The notes under the pieces: generated by a model
What the model saw: the letters and a program-made list of their open reading frames with translations, nothing else
Databases searched by the model: none
What the model was told of the DNA's origin: nothing
Source: an uncultured Microbacterium sp.
Lineage (GTDB): Bacteria > Actinomycetota > Actinomycetes > Actinomycetales > Microbacteriaceae
Reading direction: 5' to 3'
NCBI RefSeq assembly: GCF_945952435.1
Contig: NZ_CAMFHZ010000006.1
Location: 83,183-147,182 of the forward strand
Length of the DNA stretch: 64,000 bases
Shown: positions 60,803 to 64,000 of the stretch, piece after piece
How positions within the stretch are numbered: the stretch's first letter is position 1
Layout: every line of letters begins with the position of its first letter
Translations under genes and position numbers: made by a program

Positions 60803-62797
60803 TCAGCCGTCGATCACGGCGGCGAGCTCGTCGAGGAACCCGGAGAAGGTCTCGCCGCGGCGCAGGATCCGCTGCACGCTGTCCGCCTCGCCGAACACCT
60901 CGACGAGTTGCTCGAACACGGTCTGGAACGCGTCGCGATCCTGCTCGCTGAAGGCGGCGAGCGCGACGACCTGCACCCGTCCGCCGCCCCAGCCGACGGA
61001 TCCGGCGGCGACTCCGATCGCGATCGCCGTGCGCCGGGCGGTCATCTGCAGCGCATGCGGGACCGCGAGGGCGTCGCTGAAGGCCGTCGAGGAGAGCCGT
61101 TCGCGGTGGATCGTGTTCTCGATGTACGCCTCGTCGATGAGACCGGCCGCGACGAGCCGGTCGCCGAGGAGACGGATGATCCCCTCCTCCCCCACGTCCG
61201 GCAGGGGTTGCACGTAGGCGTCGGCGGACAGGTAGCGCGACAGCTCCTCGCGCAGCCGTGCGAGCCGCCTGCTCCGCCGGACGCGGGCCGCGGCCTGCTG
61301 CACCCGCTCCACGTCGGCCTCGGTGAGGAAGGGCTGGATCAGCACCGTGCGATCGCCCGCGGTGCGCAGGGGCACCGTGCTGAGCACGAGGTCGGTGTCG
61401 ATCTCGGAGGCGTCGGGATCGACCGTGGTGATCATCCGCACGACGTCGATGCCCTGCCCGAGCGAGCGGTCCACCCGAGAGCGCAGCACCTCGTGCAGCT
61501 CGTAGTAGCCCGGACAGACGATCGTGGCCGTGAGGAGGGACTCGGCGCGCCGGCTGCGCTCGAGCCGTCCGCCGACGTGCATCGCCACGTAGGCGATCTC
61601 GTCGTCGTCCACGCGCAGGCCCAGGCGATTCTGCAAACCGTTCACGATCGACACCGCGACCTCGAAGATCATCGGGTACGCCGCCTTGAGCGAGCGCGTG
61701 AGCGGGTTGCGCGCCCGCGACTCCTCCTGCGCCCGGCGGAGCAGGTTCTGGGTGTGCAGGGCCAGCCTCAGCACGAAGGCGTCGTCGATGAGATCGACCT
61801 GGTAGTCGTTCGCCGCCTGCACCACCTCGGCGCGCACGGCCGCCTCGACCTCCGGATCCAGCCCCGCACGGGCGAGCGTGGCGGGATCCGTGCCTCCTGG
61901 GCTCACGATGCGGGTGAGGATCAACCCCGACAGATGCGCCAGGTCGCCCGGCCCGAGCCGCACGCCGAGCCGATCCTCGGCGAGCTGCGCGATGACCCGC
62001 GCGACGGGATCCGCCTCCCGGGGGATCTCGTCCGACCGGAGCGCACCCGACCGCGCACTCCCCGGGGCGCGCCCGTCCGGATCCTGCGCGCTGCCGGACT
62101 CGCGCCCCGCGGCGTCGAGCGGCCGGCCTGCGGCGACGCGGTCGGCGGCGATCGCGATGTGCAGCAGCACGTCGGTGATCCCCAGCTCGTTCACGTAGTA
62201 GCCGAGCCCCGCGAGCTCCGCGACGAGGTCCGCCTTGAACGGTGCGACCGCCTCGGGGGTGATCGCCCCTCCCGCGAGCGCCAGGCGGAACGGATCGACC
62301 GGGAAGTCCGCCGCGTCCATCTCGTCGTGCGCGAGGCGGCTGAGCAGCCGGCGCTGCTCCTTCTCCGGACCGACGAGGCGGACCACGTCGCGCTCGCGCA
62401 CGAGCCGCAGCCCTGTCCCGTCCAGCAGCGCGCGCACGCGGGAGAGGTCGGCATCGACCGTCGCCTCGCTCACGTGCAGCCGGTCGGCGGCCTCGAAGAC
62501 GTCGATCCCGTCCCGCTCGTCGAGCAGGGCGCGCACGAGCGCGTGCATGCGCGCCCGCGGCGTCGCGTCGCTCCCCGATCGGGCGGCCAGCGCCTCCCGC
62601 GCCGAGGCGCCGGCACGGTATCCGGAGCCGCCCGACAGCACGGCGTCCCGCTCCGGCACCCGCGCGTTGAGCGCGGTGACGTAGGCGCGCACGCTGCGCG
62701 GCGTCACGCCGAGCATGTCCGCGAGGCGGGGGCCCGGGATCCAGGCGTCTTCCCGCAGGAGCGCGGTGAGCAGCCGATCCTGCCGTCGAGTCGACAC
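60803..62797 (-). CDS. PRD-domain transcriptional regulator (HTH + 2 PRD + EIIB-like + EIIA-like; MtlR/BglG-family architecture)
   Basis: 664 aa, GTG start. N-terminal HTH (RLADMLGVTPRSVRAYVTAL). PRD regions (ITDVLLHIAIAADR ... IAYVAMHVGG). C-terminal EIIA(Mtl/Fru)-like LAVPHAL. Confidence 0.8.
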   Translation of the reverse strand: MSTRRQDRLLTALLREDAWIPGPRLADMLGVTPRSVRAYVTALNARVPERDAVLSGGSGYRAGASAREALAARSGSDATPRARMHALVRALLDERDGIDVFEAADRLHVSEATVDADLSRVRALLDGTGLRLVRERDVVRLVGPEKEQRRLLSRLAHDEMDAADFPVDPFRLALAGGAITPEAVAPFKADLVAELAGLGYYVNELGITDVLLHIAIAADRVAAGRPLDAAGRESGSAQDPDGRAPGSARSGALRSDEIPREADPVARVIAQLAEDRLGVRLGPGDLAHLSGLILTRIVSPGGTDPATLARAGLDPEVEAAVRAEVVQAANDYQVDLIDDAFVLRLALHTQNLLRRAQEESRARNPLTRSLKAAYPMIFEVAVSIVNGLQNRLGLRVDDDEIAYVAMHVGGRLERSRRAESLLTATIVCPGYYELHEVLRSRVDRSLGQGIDVVRMITTVDPDASEIDTDLVLSTVPLRTAGDRTVLIQPFLTEADVERVQQAAARVRRSRRLARLREELSRYLSADAYVQPLPDVGEEGIIRLLGDRLVAAGLIDEAYIENTIHRERLSSTAFSDALAVPHALQMTARRTAIAIGVAAGSVGWGGGRVQVVALAAFSEQDRDAFQTVFEQLVEVFGEADSVQRILRRGETFSGFLDELAAVIDG

Positions 62798-62906
62798 GCC
62801 GCCTCACCTCTCGTCTCGCCCGTCGTCGCCCCGGCGGCATCGCCGGGACGTCACTTCCTCCTCCGCCATGATCTCAGGATCCACGGCGGAAGGGGCCGGA
62901 AGGCGT

Positions 62907-62924
62907 CTTCCGCCCCGGCGGAAG
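62907..62924. promoter_or_regulatory. 8-2-8 palindrome CTTCCGCC-CC-GGCGGAAG, with additional GGCGGAAG/CCGGAAGG copies, in the PTS operon leader
   Basis: Read directly. Further copies are at 62886-62893 (ggcggaag) and 62896-62903 (ccggaagg). Confidence 0.4.
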
Positions 62925-62982
62925 GGATCCTGGTGGCACCCTCCGCCCCTGGGTCGGGAGGATGATCCGGAAGGAGGGTTCG

Positions 62983-63282
62983 ATGAGGATCCAGGTGGTC
63001 TGTGGCGCGGGCGCCTCGAGCACATTCGTCGCCGGCCGGCTGCGCCGGGCCGCGCTCGACGCAGGCCGGGACTGGGAGATCACCGCCTCCTCCGTCGATC
63101 GCCTCGACCCCACCGCCGACATCGTCCTGCTCGGCTCTCATCTCGCCGAACGGCGCGACGAGCTCGCGCAGCGCGCGCTGCGGGCCACGCTCATCGTGCT
63201 GCCCCCGGAACTCCTCACCGACCTCGAGGGGGCCCGGCTGCGGGCCCTCGTCGAGGACACCGCTCTGAAAGGAACGTCATGA
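62983..63282 (+). CDS. PTS EIIB component (lactose/cellobiose-type PTS_IIB fold)
   Basis: Lies in ORF 62962..63282(+). ATG 62983 is preceded by ggaaggaggg. MRIQVVCGAGASSTFVA carries the active-site Cys. Confidence 0.75.
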   Translation: MRIQVVCGAGASSTFVAGRLRRAALDAGRDWEITASSVDRLDPTADIVLLGSHLAERRDELAQRALRATLIVLPPELLTDLEGARLRALVEDTALKGTS

Positions 63283-63560
63283 CCGCCGAGACACGCACCG
63301 TCCGCATCGGCTCCTCGCACGGGCTGCACGCCAGGCCCGCGAAGATCTTCGCGCAGGCCGCGAAGGAGACCGGCCTGCCGGTGACGCTCGCGAAGGACGC
63401 CGGCAAGCCGGTGAACGCCGCCAGCATCCTGGGCGTGATCGCGCTCGGGCTGGAACAGGGGGACTACGTCACTCTCTCCGCCGAGGGCGACGGCGCGGAG
63501 GCCGCACTCGACCGTCTCGCCGAACTGCTGGTCACCGACCACGACGAGGGCGCCGCCTGA
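63279..63560 (+). CDS. ptsH: Phosphocarrier protein HPr
   Basis: 93 aa. GSSHGLHARPA (His-15), NAASILGVIALG (Ser-46 region). ATGA overlap with the EIIB stop. Confidence 0.85.
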   Translation: MTAETRTVRIGSSHGLHARPAKIFAQAAKETGLPVTLAKDAGKPVNAASILGVIALGLEQGDYVTLSAEGDGAEAALDRLAELLVTDHDEGAA

Positions 63561-64000
63561 TGGCCGAGGTGCGCGGCGTCGGCATCGGACAGGGCGTCGC
63601 GGCGGGGCCGGTGCGCCGCATGACGCAGGCCCTTCCCGCGCCGGACGAGACGCCGAGCACGATCGGCGCGGATCAGGAGCGCGTCCGGGTGCAAGACGCG
63701 ATCTCCTTCGTCGCGGCGGACCTGTCGTCCCGGGCGGAGTCGGTCGACGGAGCGGCCGCCGAGGTGCTGGAGGCGCAGGCCATGATCGCCGAAGACCCGA
63801 CACTGGCCGACGAGGTCGAGGAGCGGATCGCGGCGGGGTCGACGGCGGAATGGGCCGTGCATGACGCGTTCGCCGGATTCCGCTCCTCGCTCGAGGCCGT
63901 GGGCGGCTATCTCGGCGAGCGCGCGGCCGATCTGGACGACATCGCCCAGCGCGTCCTCGCCCGCCTCCGCGGAGTCGCGGCCCCGGGCATCCCCGATCCC
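63560..64000 (+). CDS. ptsI: PTS Enzyme I (phosphoenolpyruvate-protein phosphotransferase), N-terminal part; truncated by window edge
   Basis: ATG 63560 overlaps the ptsH stop. Hand translation of the + frame: MAEVRGVGIGQGVAAGPVRRM ... AEVLEAQAMIAEDPTLADEV ... matches the EI N-terminal HPr-binding domain. Confidence 0.8.
   Translation, partial: MAEVRGVGIGQGVAAGPVRRMTQALPAPDETPSTIGADQERVRVQDAISFVAADLSSRAESVDGAAAEVLEAQAMIAEDPTLADEVEERIAAGSTAEWAVHDAFAGFRSSLEAVGGYLGERAADLDDIAQRVLARLRGVAAPGIPDP

Overview
High-GC (about 70%) actinobacterial chromosomal segment. Gene content and synteny look like Microbacteriaceae/Actinomycetales: tRNA-Gln-glmU-prs, birA/accD5-accE...maf-accA3-like, and lpdA-deoD-pmmB-like. 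I support about 63 protein genes, one tRNA and no rRNA, CRISPR array or recognisable mobile element. Most long ORFs in the six-frame track are off-frame or antisense artefacts of the GC content.

Gene content in map order:
- liv-type branched-chain amino acid ABC operon
- L-idonate/5-ketogluconate cluster (MFS-idnO-FAH-idnD), with an IclR regulator and a dehydrogenase/gnd operon
- MacB/FtsX-type ABC exporter, divergent from an OmpR-type two-component system
- FMN-lipoprotein/ApbE/NqrB-FNR module downstream of glmU-prs
- GNAT-MarR pair, and an AKR plus quinone-reductase operon
- rluA-family gene, metNIQ, a CPA1 antiporter, marC, cls
- zinc-homeostasis island (37.7-41.9 kb)
- ABC-F ATPase, and a polytopic membrane protein coupled to zapE
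- acyl-CoA carboxylase genes, and a NarL-type RR-HK-pseudokinase triad
- nucleoside catabolism genes, and a PTS/PRD-regulator locus

The most interesting region is the zinc island. It has two near-identical Zur-type palindromes with identical geometry. They flank an intact COG0523 GTPase, a Cys-free L36 paralog co-oriented with a metal-independent class I aldolase, and a COG0523 paralog with a destroyed P-loop. Next to them is an SmtB-type alpha5-site repressor fused to a tandemly duplicated His/Cys-rich tail.

Other points worth a second look:
- a 525-bp intergenic region with a three-copy motif and mirrored strand-skewed microsatellites
- a tRNA-Gln whose 3' end sits 1 nt from the glmU start codon
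- an SD-sequestering hairpin
- a shared direct-repeat operator in the idonate locus
- a candidate extracytosolic flavin electron-transfer module
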